Of a stretch of 64,000 bases of DNA, positions 19,699-29,328 are shown piece after piece. Position 1 is the stretch's first letter. Every line of letters begins with the position of its first letter. Below the pieces are notes generated by a model that saw nothing but the letters and a program-made list of their open reading frames with translations, ran no database searches and was not told the origin of the DNA. A program made the translations under genes and the position numbers. Source of the DNA: Candidatus Falkowbacteria bacterium (GTDB lineage: Bacteria; Patescibacteriota; Patescibacteriia; Patescibacteriales; UBA12075); contig JAZDLN010000051.1 in NCBI GenBank assembly GCA_043801965.1, positions 19,720-83,719 of the forward strand, given 5' to 3'.

Positions 19699-19766
19699 AC
19701 GATTCTGGATATGACGCGTTATAAGTTATGAACTTGTTCCAACCTGGCTACCCGATAACACCCTTT

Positions 19767-19904
19767 GTGTCATTCTGAACGGAGCCGGAGCGGAGTGAAG
19801 AATCTCTGGTTTAGCGCGCCTTACCGACAACACACCAGAACTATTTTTTCATGATGCTCGTTCTTATTCACGGGATTCTTCGGCCTAAGGCCTCAGAATG
19901 ACAC
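19767..19904. mobile_element. family B-related element (GTGTCATTCTGA..TCAGAATGACAC)
   Basis: Outer IR plus inner gaagaatc/gattcttc IR. Confidence 0.7.
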
Positions 19905-19953
19905 TTTCCAGACAATCCTGGCGCGCTTATTTACTAATTTGAACGGCGGGCGG

Positions 19954-19980
19954 GTAGAGACGAGTATGCCTCGTCTCTAC
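19954..19980. repeat. GTAG-type REP palindrome (family C)
   Basis: gtagagacgag-tatgc-ctcgtctctac. Confidence 0.85.
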
Positions 19981-20013
19981 CGCGCCACGCCCTTTCCATT
20001 CTTCCGTTCAACC

Positions 20014-21162
20014 TTAGAATCTTATCCGATTGATAATGTGGTTCACCCTATTGACAATGCGCGTATCGCTGTTTGACGGACCAGTGGTAATAATGCCGCC
20101 CCAGCCCGCAGCGCCGCCGGCTCCGCCGGCTCCGCCGATATTATCGTCTTCCGAACCGGTTATCGATCCGCCGTTGCCGGCATCGGTTCCATCGCCGCCA
20201 TCGGCTATGTTATCGCCGGTCAGGGCGCTGGTATTGGCAGTATTGACGAGAGTGGCTGTGTCCAGGTTATTGATCACTATATTTTCCGTGCTGGAGGCCA
20301 AATCATTTTCGCAATCGCAGGGAGCTATTCTTGTCCTGTCGACATTAACTCTGTTTATGATCCTGGAAGCGGCAGTCGCGGCTCCGGTCGTGATATTGCC
20401 GCCGTCTCCGCCCGCGCCGCCCGCGCCGCCCGCGCCGCCGGTATTAGCGTCATCGGACTCGGTTACATTACCGCCGTGTCCGGCCGCGCCGCCCGCGCCG
20501 CCGTTAGCGGTATTATTACCGGTAGTAGCGAGGGTAGTAACAGTATTGGTGATAACGGCGGTTTTGGTATTCGTTACTTCTATGGACAGATCCCTTACTC
20601 CACCATTATCATCTTCATCATCCCCGTCTTCGTCCGGGCAGACCTCATCATACTCGATCGAAACCGCGTCCACGTCGTAAGCGTCCGCTGTGTCTCCGTG
20701 CAGGTCCGGATCGGTCGTATCGACCAGCCTGACGTACTGGACGCACTGGTCCACGTTAAAAGTGGTTACGCCGTCGCCTTCGCCTTCGTCATTATTGGCC
20801 TCGCCGATAAAATTAAAATTAATTCCGTCATCGCTCACGTACACATCGGCTGTTTCCAGGGGAAATGCTCCGCCGGTAATCTCGTAAGTCGCCAAGGTAA
20901 GTACGCCGGATGCTTTGACCGGGAATTCGAGGGTCAGGTCGCCGCCGAAACCTAAAGAAACGAAATCGCCGTCGTTCGGACCTAAGGCGTCAGTCGGATC
21001 GCTCCTTGAAGCGCTAACCGGATCGCCATTCTTCTGATCGCCCTGGTTGAATTCATCGACGCTGTCCGCGAAATCAAGAACAGCCGCGTCCGCGTAGAAC
21101 GTGGACATGAACGGCGATAAAGCCAACATAAGCCCTAAAACAAAAATAAATGTTTTCTTCAT
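20014..21162 (-). CDS. secreted protein: acidic beta-sandwich-like N domain and two Asn/Thr/Gly repeats with Gly-rich loops
   Basis: Signal peptide; FVSLGFGG.L.L.F domain; two repeats TA...NT....A.TG.N.A.GG.G...ITTG......I.NRVN; no anchor. Confidence 0.8.
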   Translation of the reverse strand: MKKTFIFVLGLMLALSPFMSTFYADAAVLDFADSVDEFNQGDQKNGDPVSASRSDPTDALGPNDGDFVSLGFGGDLTLEFPVKASGVLTLATYEITGGAFPLETADVYVSDDGINFNFIGEANNDEGEGDGVTTFNVDQCVQYVRLVDTTDPDLHGDTADAYDVDAVSIEYDEVCPDEDGDDEDDNGGVRDLSIEVTNTKTAVITNTVTTLATTGNNTANGGAGGAAGHGGNVTESDDANTGGAGGAGGAGGDGGNITTGAATAASRIINRVNVDRTRIAPCDCENDLASSTENIVINNLDTATLVNTANTSALTGDNIADGGDGTDAGNGGSITGSEDDNIGGAGGAGGAAGWGGIITTGPSNSDTRIVNRVNHIINRIRF

Positions 21163-21324
21163 AAGATTTTCCGTTAAGTTATTATTTACTCAAAGGATTC
21201 AAATAAAGAACATCGACCTTTATCGCTTTTTATTCTTTGATCCTTTGGGCGGATGAGGACGAACGTCCCTATCCGCCCAAAGAAAGGAAGGCTTTTTCTT
21301 CCTTCTTCGGATTTTTTACAAACA

Positions 21325-23931
21325 TTAAACAGCCTGCGTTTTGCGCCCTAAATATAAACCTATGGTCCCGAGCGATATCATGATCGCGGAGAGCGCGATT
21401 AACTCGTCAAAACCGAACCCGGTTTCCGGTAAAGTCGTACGCACCTCCAGATCAGCCGTGGTCCTTACCGGTTCATGGTTATCCGCCCGCGCTTCCGCCC
21501 GATTGACGTAAACGCCCGTGGCCGCGCTTCGGTCGATATTTGCCGAAATGATGATTTCCCGGCTCGCTCCGGGAGCCAGATCGCCGAGCATGAACGTTTT
21601 AGAGCTCGTGCCGTTATCGACAAAAGAAAGTCCGGAGGGCAGGGTATCGGTCATGACCGCGTTAAAAGCCGTTAAATTCCCCGTGTTCCTGACCGTAACC
21701 GTGAATTTAATATTCTTGTCCCCGGGTCTGGCGAAAACACGGTCGATCTTCTTGGTTATGGAAAGTATCGGTTCACCCTCTTCCCCCCTGACGCAAGTAT
21801 CACTCGATAAAGTATTTACGGAAATTTCCGGCCCGAAGATAATACTCGAATTATTGACGGATACCGGTCGGACGTAATAAGTTTTCCCGATATCAAGACC
21901 GATGATCGATTCTTCGTGGCCGGTAACTTCTTCGCTGTCCTGCGTGGTCGAAAACGCGTAACCGAAATTAGGAGCCGTGCTCGTGCCGATATCAGAGTGG
22001 GAAACCGTATCGTAAATAAGGCGTGAAGCGGCCGGTTTTGACGTTAACCAGGAAAATATCAGGAAGTCACAGCCGGAATTTACATTTTGAAAATTCTTTA
22101 TTTCGAATATTGGTATCCCGCCGCCGCCATTGCCGCCTCCGTTGCCGCCGCCTCCGCCATTGCTCGCGGGCTGTTTATAATTTACGAAATCAACGGTTTT
22201 GTCTTCGCTTTTATGTTCCTTTTTATCTGTTTTTATGTTGACGATCGCCATGCCGTCAGCGGGATCGACGTAACTCCAGCCGGAAGGAAGAGTCTCGGTA
22301 ATAGTGTAATCGCCTTCCGGCAGTCCGCCGAAAACGGTACAACCGTTTACCGTTGATTGGGTGGTCGTGGCCACAGTCCCGCCCGAGAGCGTGAACTGCC
22401 AGACGGCCGTGGTTGTGGCGCGATCGCCGGTCGTCGAAGCCGAGCCGTCCGCGTCTTCGTATTTGCATACCTTGATCGACCCCTCCGGTTCCCGGAAGTT
22501 TACGAACTTTACGGTTTTGTCTTCGCATTCTTCAAGGTTCACGGTTATCTTGCCATCGGCCGGATCGACGAAACTCCAGCCGAAAAGAAGAGTTTCGGTA
22601 ATAGTATAATTTCCGGCCGGAAGCTCATCGAAGGTGGCACAGCCGTCAATGGTCGATATTGCGGTCGTGGCCGTGCCGTCATGGATAATATATTCCCAGA
22701 TACTGTCGGATAATATCCGGTCGTCAGTGGTCGAGGCCAGTCCGTCTTTATCTTCGTATTTGCATACTTTGATCGAGCCGGTTTTATCGCCGCCGCCTCC
22801 GCCGCCGTTGCCTCCGCCGCCTCCGCCGCCATTACCCTCCTCTTTATAATTAACGAAATTGACGGTTTTATTTTCGCCTTTTAAGAGTTTCGCGGCCATA
22901 ATTCCGTTAGCGGGTTCGACGTAACTCCAGCCGGAAAGAAGAGTTTCGGTAATAGTATAATCCCCGGCAGTAAGCCCATCGAAAGTGGCGCAGCCATCCA
23001 CGGTAGATCTTACGGTCGTGGCCGTATCGCCGTTAAGGGTATATTCCCAGACGTTATCGGCAAGCGTCCGGTCGTCCGTAGTCGAGGCCGAGCCGTCCGC
23101 GTCTTTGTATTTGCAGACTTTGATCGAACCTTTCGGCGCCGGAGGAACAGGTTCTTCCTTGTGATTCACGAAAGCGATGAACTTATTCTCCGCGTTACCG
23201 AGATTAACCGTCCGTATGCCGTTATCGGGAACAAGAAAAGACCAACCGGAGAGCAGGGTTTCCGTAACAGTATAATTGCCCGCTTCCAGTCCGGTAAAAG
23301 CGGTACAGCCGTTTTCGGTCGTCTGTATTTTATCCGCGCCTCCGGAAAGGGTGTATTCCCAGATCGAATCGGAAAGGACGCGGTCGTAAGTGGATAAAGC
23401 GATCCCGTCCGCGTCTTCATATTTGCAGACAGTGATAGATGAAGAGATCGTCTCGGCCTGACGATTACCGAAATGCAGACTGCTTATGTTCTGTCCGGCC
23501 TGCAGATTAACCACGTGTTTCGTGGGGTCGTCCTGGTTCGGGTAAACTATATTATTCGGAAAAGTCTCTGTCCAGCCGGGTTTCTGGGTTTCGGCCACGA
23601 TATAATTACCGGCCGCGAGGTTATCGAAAATATAGCAGCCGAAATCGTTGGTTACGGTCGTAGTGGAAACATCCCCGCTTAAAACGATCTCCCAGCCGGG
23701 GAGGATATCCGCGGTACTGGTGCCGGTTTCATCCCAGAAACCGTCGCCGTCAGCGTCATTCCATTTACAGCCGGAAATCGAGCCTAATGGCGGCTCCGCG
23801 GCTTTCGCTTCCTCCGGAACGGCAAAAAACACGCCTACGAAAGACATGTTGAAGATAAGTACGCTTAAAAGGAAAACATTGAAGAATCTCCGGATTCTTC
23901 TGGTTTTTTTACTGAGGCTTGGGATCTGCAT
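21325..23931 (-). CDS. LPETG-anchored adhesin (SdrD-B/Cna-B-like repeats, FN3-like domain, DUF11)
   Basis: Five CK[YW].D.DG repeats, poly-Gly linkers, C-terminal LPETGF + TM + RK. Confidence 0.88.
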   Translation of the reverse strand: MQIPSLSKKTRRIRRFFNVFLLSVLIFNMSFVGVFFAVPEEAKAAEPPLGSISGCKWNDADGDGFWDETGTSTADILPGWEIVLSGDVSTTTVTNDFGCYIFDNLAAGNYIVAETQKPGWTETFPNNIVYPNQDDPTKHVVNLQAGQNISSLHFGNRQAETISSSITVCKYEDADGIALSTYDRVLSDSIWEYTLSGGADKIQTTENGCTAFTGLEAGNYTVTETLLSGWSFLVPDNGIRTVNLGNAENKFIAFVNHKEEPVPPAPKGSIKVCKYKDADGSASTTDDRTLADNVWEYTLNGDTATTVRSTVDGCATFDGLTAGDYTITETLLSGWSYVEPANGIMAAKLLKGENKTVNFVNYKEEGNGGGGGGGNGGGGGGDKTGSIKVCKYEDKDGLASTTDDRILSDSIWEYIIHDGTATTAISTIDGCATFDELPAGNYTITETLLFGWSFVDPADGKITVNLEECEDKTVKFVNFREPEGSIKVCKYEDADGSASTTGDRATTTAVWQFTLSGGTVATTTQSTVNGCTVFGGLPEGDYTITETLPSGWSYVDPADGMAIVNIKTDKKEHKSEDKTVDFVNYKQPASNGGGGGNGGGNGGGGIPIFEIKNFQNVNSGCDFLIFSWLTSKPAASRLIYDTVSHSDIGTSTAPNFGYAFSTTQDSEEVTGHEESIIGLDIGKTYYVRPVSVNNSSIIFGPEISVNTLSSDTCVRGEEGEPILSITKKIDRVFARPGDKNIKFTVTVRNTGNLTAFNAVMTDTLPSGLSFVDNGTSSKTFMLGDLAPGASREIIISANIDRSAATGVYVNRAEARADNHEPVRTTADLEVRTTLPETGFGFDELIALSAIMISLGTIGLYLGRKTQAV

Positions 23932-24113
23932 AGGTTTGATTGTAAATAAATAATAACTGAGTTATTATTCCGTTAGTTTATAATTATGAAATATTAATAA
24001 TTGAATTATAGTTTCGACTGATTAAATTATTGTTATTATTTAGTTAAATCAGTATTAAAGCCATCCCCTCCAGGGCGCGATGTCCGGGGAGGTTGGACTA
24101 AAATGTTCAATAT

Positions 24114-24161
24114 CTCCCTTCTCCCTGCCAATAGGCAGGGAGAAGGGTTGGGGATGAGGGC
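24114..24161. repeat. family A palindromic repeat
   Basis: ctcccttctccctgcc-aata-ggcagggagaagggttggggatgagggc. Confidence 0.78.
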
Positions 24162-24258
24162 GATGGCCAACAAAAAAACAGCCGAATTATCAGCTGTCAT
24201 ATTTTTTTAACAAAATACCGTCAATGCTTTTATTTGGAAGTCTCCTCCAACGCATTCT

Positions 24259-24621
24259 TTACGCGGAGTTGTAATGTTCAATCCGCCCATTCAAGTCGTC
24301 TAAAAGAGCTTTTAAATACTGATACGGCTCTTCATGCGCGGGAAAAGACTGAACGATCGCCTTGATCTCATTTCTGGTATCGGCGATAAATTTCAAATTA
24401 AAATAAAAATTGCTCGTTATAAGCGCTTGGCAAAGCACCTCGATGCCGAAATTTATGCGCGCGCATGCCAACATTCTCTCTATCCCTTCGGTCGTTGGCC
24501 CGCCCACGCTCTCTAAGTACTCTTTAACGAGTTTTTTTATCTGTTCAACCGCCGCCATGTGTGGCAAATAGGTTAAACTCCACTTATCCTCGTTATTCCC
24601 GCAAATTACGTAACCACCCAT
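24259..24621 (-). CDS. hypothetical protein inserted between adhesin genes
   Basis: AGGAGG SD before ATG 24621; has its own terminator at ~24171-24198. Confidence 0.6.
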   Translation of the reverse strand: MGGYVICGNNEDKWSLTYLPHMAAVEQIKKLVKEYLESVGGPTTEGIERMLACARINFGIEVLCQALITSNFYFNLKFIADTRNEIKAIVQSFPAHEEPYQYLKALLDDLNGRIEHYNSA

Positions 24622-24919
24622 CTTGCGCCTCCTATCGATTGTTGTGACCACAATGATCTTTAAAAAAGTGCTATCCTCGCGCGGACGGGAATTCCGGCTC
24701 GAAGAAAAGCCCGAATTTCCGCCCTCCGTAAAAATAGCATCCTTTAATATATTTTCAAGTGAAAATTATCCTATTTATCTTTCGGCATATAATCCGCGTT
24801 TTGCGCTTCTATCATCTCTCCGCGGATCCGGCGCAGATTTATACGCGGATTTAACGCTGATATGTGTTCTTGTTATGCGCTTGCCCCGCATGAGCGAAGC
24901 GATTTTGCGGGATTATGCG

Positions 24920-27900
24920 TTACGCGTTATACGCCTTGCGCTTTAAGAGCGCGCTCGCTCCAGTAAGTCCTCCGACCATCATAATGAGAGCCATAAACTC
25001 GAAGACGCTCCATCCTGTTTCGGCCAATACTTCTATTTCCCTAACCTCCAGGTCTGCCATGGCCTCGAGCTGTTTATGGTTATCGGATCTTATCGTGGCG
25101 GTATTGACGTATATTTTTTCCGCGGCATCGTCTATGACGTTCGCTAAATAAGTGATTTCCCCCGTTTCGCCGGGCAGAAGGTCTCCGATGGCCCATTCCC
25201 GGGTGGTCGAAGCGGTATCGGCGTAAACGATCCCCTCGGGAAGAATATCCTTGATTATGACGTTAAAAGCGGTTAAATTCCCCGTATTGGCGTAATTGAT
25301 CACGTACTTGAAATTCTTATCCCCCGGATTGTAGAATGATTTCTCGTCCGGAATGACTTTCGTGATCGAAAGTATCGGGTCCCCTTCTTCGCCTTTGACC
25401 TCGACGCAGGCGTCGGTCTTGTATTTGACGGTTTTCTCGGCTTTATCCGATCCTTCTTCGGCCTTGGCCGTAAAGGAATATTCGGTATAAGGCTTTAAGC
25501 CGCCGATCGTGGTCGAATGCAGGGTGCTTTCCGTGGTCGTGTCGGTCGAGGTGGCGTCTTTGATATCGTCGGAATCGAGGCCGTAAACGACCCAGCTGGT
25601 CACGGTCTTGTTAGTGCGCCATTCTATTTTGGCCGTATTTTCGTCAATGCACTTAGCTTCAATTTCCATGATATCGAGGAAAACATGGCCTCCGCCGCCG
25701 CCTCCGCCGCCTGGCGTAGTGCAGTCGTTCTTACAGCTGTCATTATTATTGCTATTAGCGTCATCGCACTGTTCTCCCCTGTTCGTCTGGACGATGCCGT
25801 CGCCGCAATAAGGACCGCCGCCGCCCTCAGTCGTGCAGGTGGCGGAGCAGCCGTCGCCGGAAACGTTATTGCCATCATCGCATTGCTCTCCAGGGGTGTT
25901 TCCCGATATACCATCGCCGCACTTGGGCAAAGTGCAATCGTTATGGCAGCCGTCGGCATTATCGGTGTTTCCGTCGTCGCATTCTTCGTCCAAGACGTTA
26001 ACTGTGCCGTCGCCGCAACGTGGTTCCGGGGTCTGATAATTAAGGAAAATAAGCGGTTCAAGGCTTACCGCGCCGACCGTAACCTGATGCGCGCCGCCGT
26101 AAGGATAGGAGTTTACCCAGTTTCCGCCCACAAGCGGCATTTCGGCAACCGTGTAGTCGCCATAAACCAGGCCGTCTAAAGTAACACAGGCTGTTTCGCC
26201 GTTAGTGGCCGCGTCTACATTCGTTAAATCCGGCTTAGTAACCAGGAAATTCCAGGTTAAGGGCGTATCGGTCGCGTGCTCGTAAATTCCGAGCAGGCCG
26301 TTATCGTAATATTTGCAGATGGTTAATGATCCGGTTTCGATCGCGCAATTAGCGTCACAGCCATCGCCATCGATGCTATTATGATCGTCGCATTGTTCGC
26401 CGGTATCGATGTTGCCATCGCCGCAGTAGGGTACGTTTTCCAAGACGCAATCAGCGCTACAGGTTTGGTGCGGCCCGACGCCGGTCAAGCCGTCACATTG
26501 CTCCCAGCTTTGGTTTATAAGGCCGTCTCCGCAAATAGGTCCGTCGTCCTCGTTTTGGCAGTTAGCGTCGCAACCGTCGCCATCAATGTTGTTATGATCG
26601 TCGCATTGTTCGCCGGAATCTATGTTGCCGTCGCCACAATAGGGCACGTAATTCGTTTCGCAGTTATTGTCGCAGGTGTAATGTTCTGGAACGCCTGCAT
26701 TGGTCGGATCGTTAAAATCGCAGATCTCGGTGCCGTTTTTTATGCCATCGCCACAATAAGGGATATAGGTCAAATCGCAGCTTAAATTACAAATATTATG
26801 CTCTGGAACGCCGGCATTGGTCGGATCGTTAAAATCGCAGATCTCGGTGCCGTTTTGAACACCATCGCCGCAGAAAGGACCGGTTAAGGTTATTTCGCTG
26901 CAGATACCGGAGCAATAGGTGCAGTTTCCGCCGTAAGCCGGGACACACTGCCGGCCGTTATTTACGCCGTCGTCACAAACTTCGCCGTTATCCGGATTGC
27001 CGTCGCCGCAATAAGGCACGTATGTCGTTTCGCAGTTATTGTTGCAGGTGTAATGTTCCGGAACGCCGGCATGCGTCGGATCGTTAAAATCGCAGATCTC
27101 GGTGCCGTTTTGAACGCCATCGCCACAGAAAGGACCGGTCAGGGTCATCGGTTGGCAAATATTTGAACAATAAGTACAGCTTCCCCCATAAGCCGGGACG
27201 CATTGTACTCCGTTTTGTCCGTTATCGTCGCAAATTTCGTCGGTATCGGTAATACCGTCGCCGCATTCAGGCTCCGTGCAGTTATTGCGGCAATCGTCAT
27301 TATCGATGTCATTGCCGTCGTCGCATTCTTCGCTTACCTGATTGACGGTTCCGTCTCCGCAGACCGGAGGCGCGCAGAAAACTTCAGTGGTTTCTTCTTC
27401 GCAAAGAGCGGCCGGCAATTCGTTGGCGGTTACGCAAGCCTTATTTAAAAGAGTCGATCCGCAGGCCGTATCGGTTTTAACTGAAGTTAAAATCTCTATG
27501 ACCCTCGTTTCACCCGGATGCAAAACGTCATAAACCCATTCGTTGTTGCCGCTGGTCGGAACAGGGTTTGAACTCGTAAAAACGGTCTGACTGCTATAAT
27601 ATTCCTTAAGTATGACACCGCTCCCCGTACAATCGGCCGTACCGATGTTTTCCAGGGTCAGGACGTACGATAAATTTCCCCCCGGAGATACCGGATCCGG
27701 ATTGTCTGTTTTAGTAAGCTTTAATTTACACTCCGGGCCGCCGCAAAAAGTCAGATGGCTGATATCGTAAGCTCCCTTAACAACCGTTCCGGATGTTCCT
27801 CCTGGGAATTCCGTATAATTAGTAGCCGCCTTCCTTAAAACTTTAGCTACCGCCGGATTTGAGGTCCAGCTGGCGGAGGCGGTGTTTCCGGTAACAGCGG

Positions 27901-28522
27901 TGGTATAATCAGAATTGTGCTTGCTTATATCTTCGTTCCAGTCGCCGCTCCACTCCCATTTAGCAACCGTAAAATAGTCGTCGCCTAATTTTTCCTTGCA
28001 TTCGTCGCCGTCTTTTTTGTTCGTAAAAGTACAAAAAACATTTTCTTTATCATCAAGGTCGATTACGACTTTTCGATTAGGGATATCGATAACCGCTTCC
28101 GCGTCTCCGGTACAAACAATATTAGTCAGCGTCCATCCCGCCCTGGCCTCTTCGGTAATGGTGTATTTTCGATCTCCGGTAACATAAGCGTTTTTCGTGC
28201 CGCCATCGGTTAAAATAAAACTTCCCAGACCGCCAATAAAATTAAAAGAGGTTTTTCCAGATCCGGATTCTGACGGATTGGTTACTTTCTTGATAGTAAT
28301 ATTCCCGTGACACGCCAAGGCCTCTCCGGGCGCGACCATAAAAATACCTCCTAAAGCCATGCCGAAAGACATATTAAGCACAAGGAGGCTCATGGAAAAA
28401 ACGTTGATCGCTTTGTAAATTTTGCCCTTTCTGGTGTTTAAAAAATTGGGCGCGTAATGAAACGCGTAATTAGGAGCTATCTGCCGGGATGATAGCAGAT
28501 TAGGAGAGTATGAGTCATGCAT
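24920..28522 (-). CDS. LAETG-anchored adhesin with Myxococcus-type cysteine-rich repeats (DUF4215-like), DUF11 and FN3-like domains
   Basis: About 12 CGDG...E.CD repeats; C-terminal LAETGW + TM + KRK. Confidence 0.88.
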   Translation of the reverse strand: MHDSYSPNLLSSRQIAPNYAFHYAPNFLNTRKGKIYKAINVFSMSLLVLNMSFGMALGGIFMVAPGEALACHGNITIKKVTNPSESGSGKTSFNFIGGLGSFILTDGGTKNAYVTGDRKYTITEEARAGWTLTNIVCTGDAEAVIDIPNRKVVIDLDDKENVFCTFTNKKDGDECKEKLGDDYFTVAKWEWSGDWNEDISKHNSDYTTAVTGNTASASWTSNPAVAKVLRKAATNYTEFPGGTSGTVVKGAYDISHLTFCGGPECKLKLTKTDNPDPVSPGGNLSYVLTLENIGTADCTGSGVILKEYYSSQTVFTSSNPVPTSGNNEWVYDVLHPGETRVIEILTSVKTDTACGSTLLNKACVTANELPAALCEEETTEVFCAPPVCGDGTVNQVSEECDDGNDIDNDDCRNNCTEPECGDGITDTDEICDDNGQNGVQCVPAYGGSCTYCSNICQPMTLTGPFCGDGVQNGTEICDFNDPTHAGVPEHYTCNNNCETTYVPYCGDGNPDNGEVCDDGVNNGRQCVPAYGGNCTYCSGICSEITLTGPFCGDGVQNGTEICDFNDPTNAGVPEHNICNLSCDLTYIPYCGDGIKNGTEICDFNDPTNAGVPEHYTCDNNCETNYVPYCGDGNIDSGEQCDDHNNIDGDGCDANCQNEDDGPICGDGLINQSWEQCDGLTGVGPHQTCSADCVLENVPYCGDGNIDTGEQCDDHNSIDGDGCDANCAIETGSLTICKYYDNGLLGIYEHATDTPLTWNFLVTKPDLTNVDAATNGETACVTLDGLVYGDYTVAEMPLVGGNWVNSYPYGGAHQVTVGAVSLEPLIFLNYQTPEPRCGDGTVNVLDEECDDGNTDNADGCHNDCTLPKCGDGISGNTPGEQCDDGNNVSGDGCSATCTTEGGGGPYCGDGIVQTNRGEQCDDANSNNNDSCKNDCTTPGGGGGGGGHVFLDIMEIEAKCIDENTAKIEWRTNKTVTSWVVYGLDSDDIKDATSTDTTTESTLHSTTIGGLKPYTEYSFTAKAEEGSDKAEKTVKYKTDACVEVKGEEGDPILSITKVIPDEKSFYNPGDKNFKYVINYANTGNLTAFNVIIKDILPEGIVYADTASTTREWAIGDLLPGETGEITYLANVIDDAAEKIYVNTATIRSDNHKQLEAMADLEVREIEVLAETGWSVFEFMALIMMVGGLTGASALLKRKAYNA

Positions 28523-28771
28523 AAAAAACGTCAGGCATATAATTTAAATAAAAATTATGCCTGGATGAATATTTAATTAGAATGATTATCTACCTTAGCA
28601 TAATTTTCTCTATTTTGTCAATAGTAAAATTAAAAAATATTAATATTTGATATTATTCTAACATTAAATAAATTAATAACATAAAAAAAACAGGCTATTT
28701 TTTAGCCTGTCATGTTTTTTTGGGGAAACGGTTAATAAGAATTAAGTTCGAATTTTTTGGATAATATTTTT

Positions 28772-28939
28772 TTATTTTGTTGATATGGCAAGCATGCATA
28801 TGCCCACCGTCAGAAGGAAATAACCCAAGTCTTCGAATTTTTTCAGTTTAGGCCATACGCCTATGCCGAATCCCGGCAGAATGAACGATATTCCTATCCA
28901 ATGACACAGACCGAGTTGTTTAAAAAACAAAAGGCCCAT
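28772..28939 (-). CDS. small two-TM protein (55 aa, below the ORF-track cutoff)
   Basis: AAGGAGGG SD; MGLLFFKQLGLCHWIGISFILPGFGIGVWPKLKKFEDLGYFLLTVGICMLAISTK. Confidence 0.55.
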   Translation of the reverse strand: MGLLFFKQLGLCHWIGISFILPGFGIGVWPKLKKFEDLGYFLLTVGICMLAISTK

Positions 28940-29076
28940 ATACCCTCCTTCTTATATTTTTTATGTAAAGCCACAGCTTATATTTACTTATACGCTTAAA
29001 AAAGGATTTTGTTACACTAAATATTTTTTTTCTCGCCGAATTTCCCACAAAAAAACCCTCTGTGGAGACGCCCACG

Positions 29077-29165
29077 GTAGAGACGAGGCATGCCTCGTCT
29101 CTACGGGGGGTATTTAGGTGTTTGGTTTCCGCCCGCCGTAGAGACGCGATTAATCGCGTCTCTAC
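29077..29165. repeat. two perfect 28-bp GTAG REP palindromes (family C doublet)
   Basis: gtagagacgaggcatgcctcgtctctac (29077-29104) and gtagagacgcgattaatcgcgtctctac (29138-29165). Confidence 0.88.
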
Positions 29166-29280
29166 GCCGCGACATCTCCGAAAATAAAAAACCATGTTAG
29201 CTAGTCCTTCCCCCCTCCCGGCGGGGATGCCTGCCTGCCGGCAGGCAGGGACAGGAGGGGGTCAGAAGTCCGGCAACAAA

Positions 29281-29313
29281 AAAAACACCTCCGGAAATCC
29301 CGGAGGTGTTTTT
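29281..29313. terminator. intrinsic terminator after the 1362-aa adhesin
   Basis: aaaaacacctccgg-aaatc-ccggaggtgttttt. Confidence 0.75.
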
Positions 29314-29328
29314 AAATATCTGAACTAT

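Noticed and set aside
20030-20680. Long plus-strand ORFs antisense to Gly/Asn-rich surface genes
   Set aside because: They are expected artefacts of low-complexity, GC3-rich coding sequence on the opposite strand.
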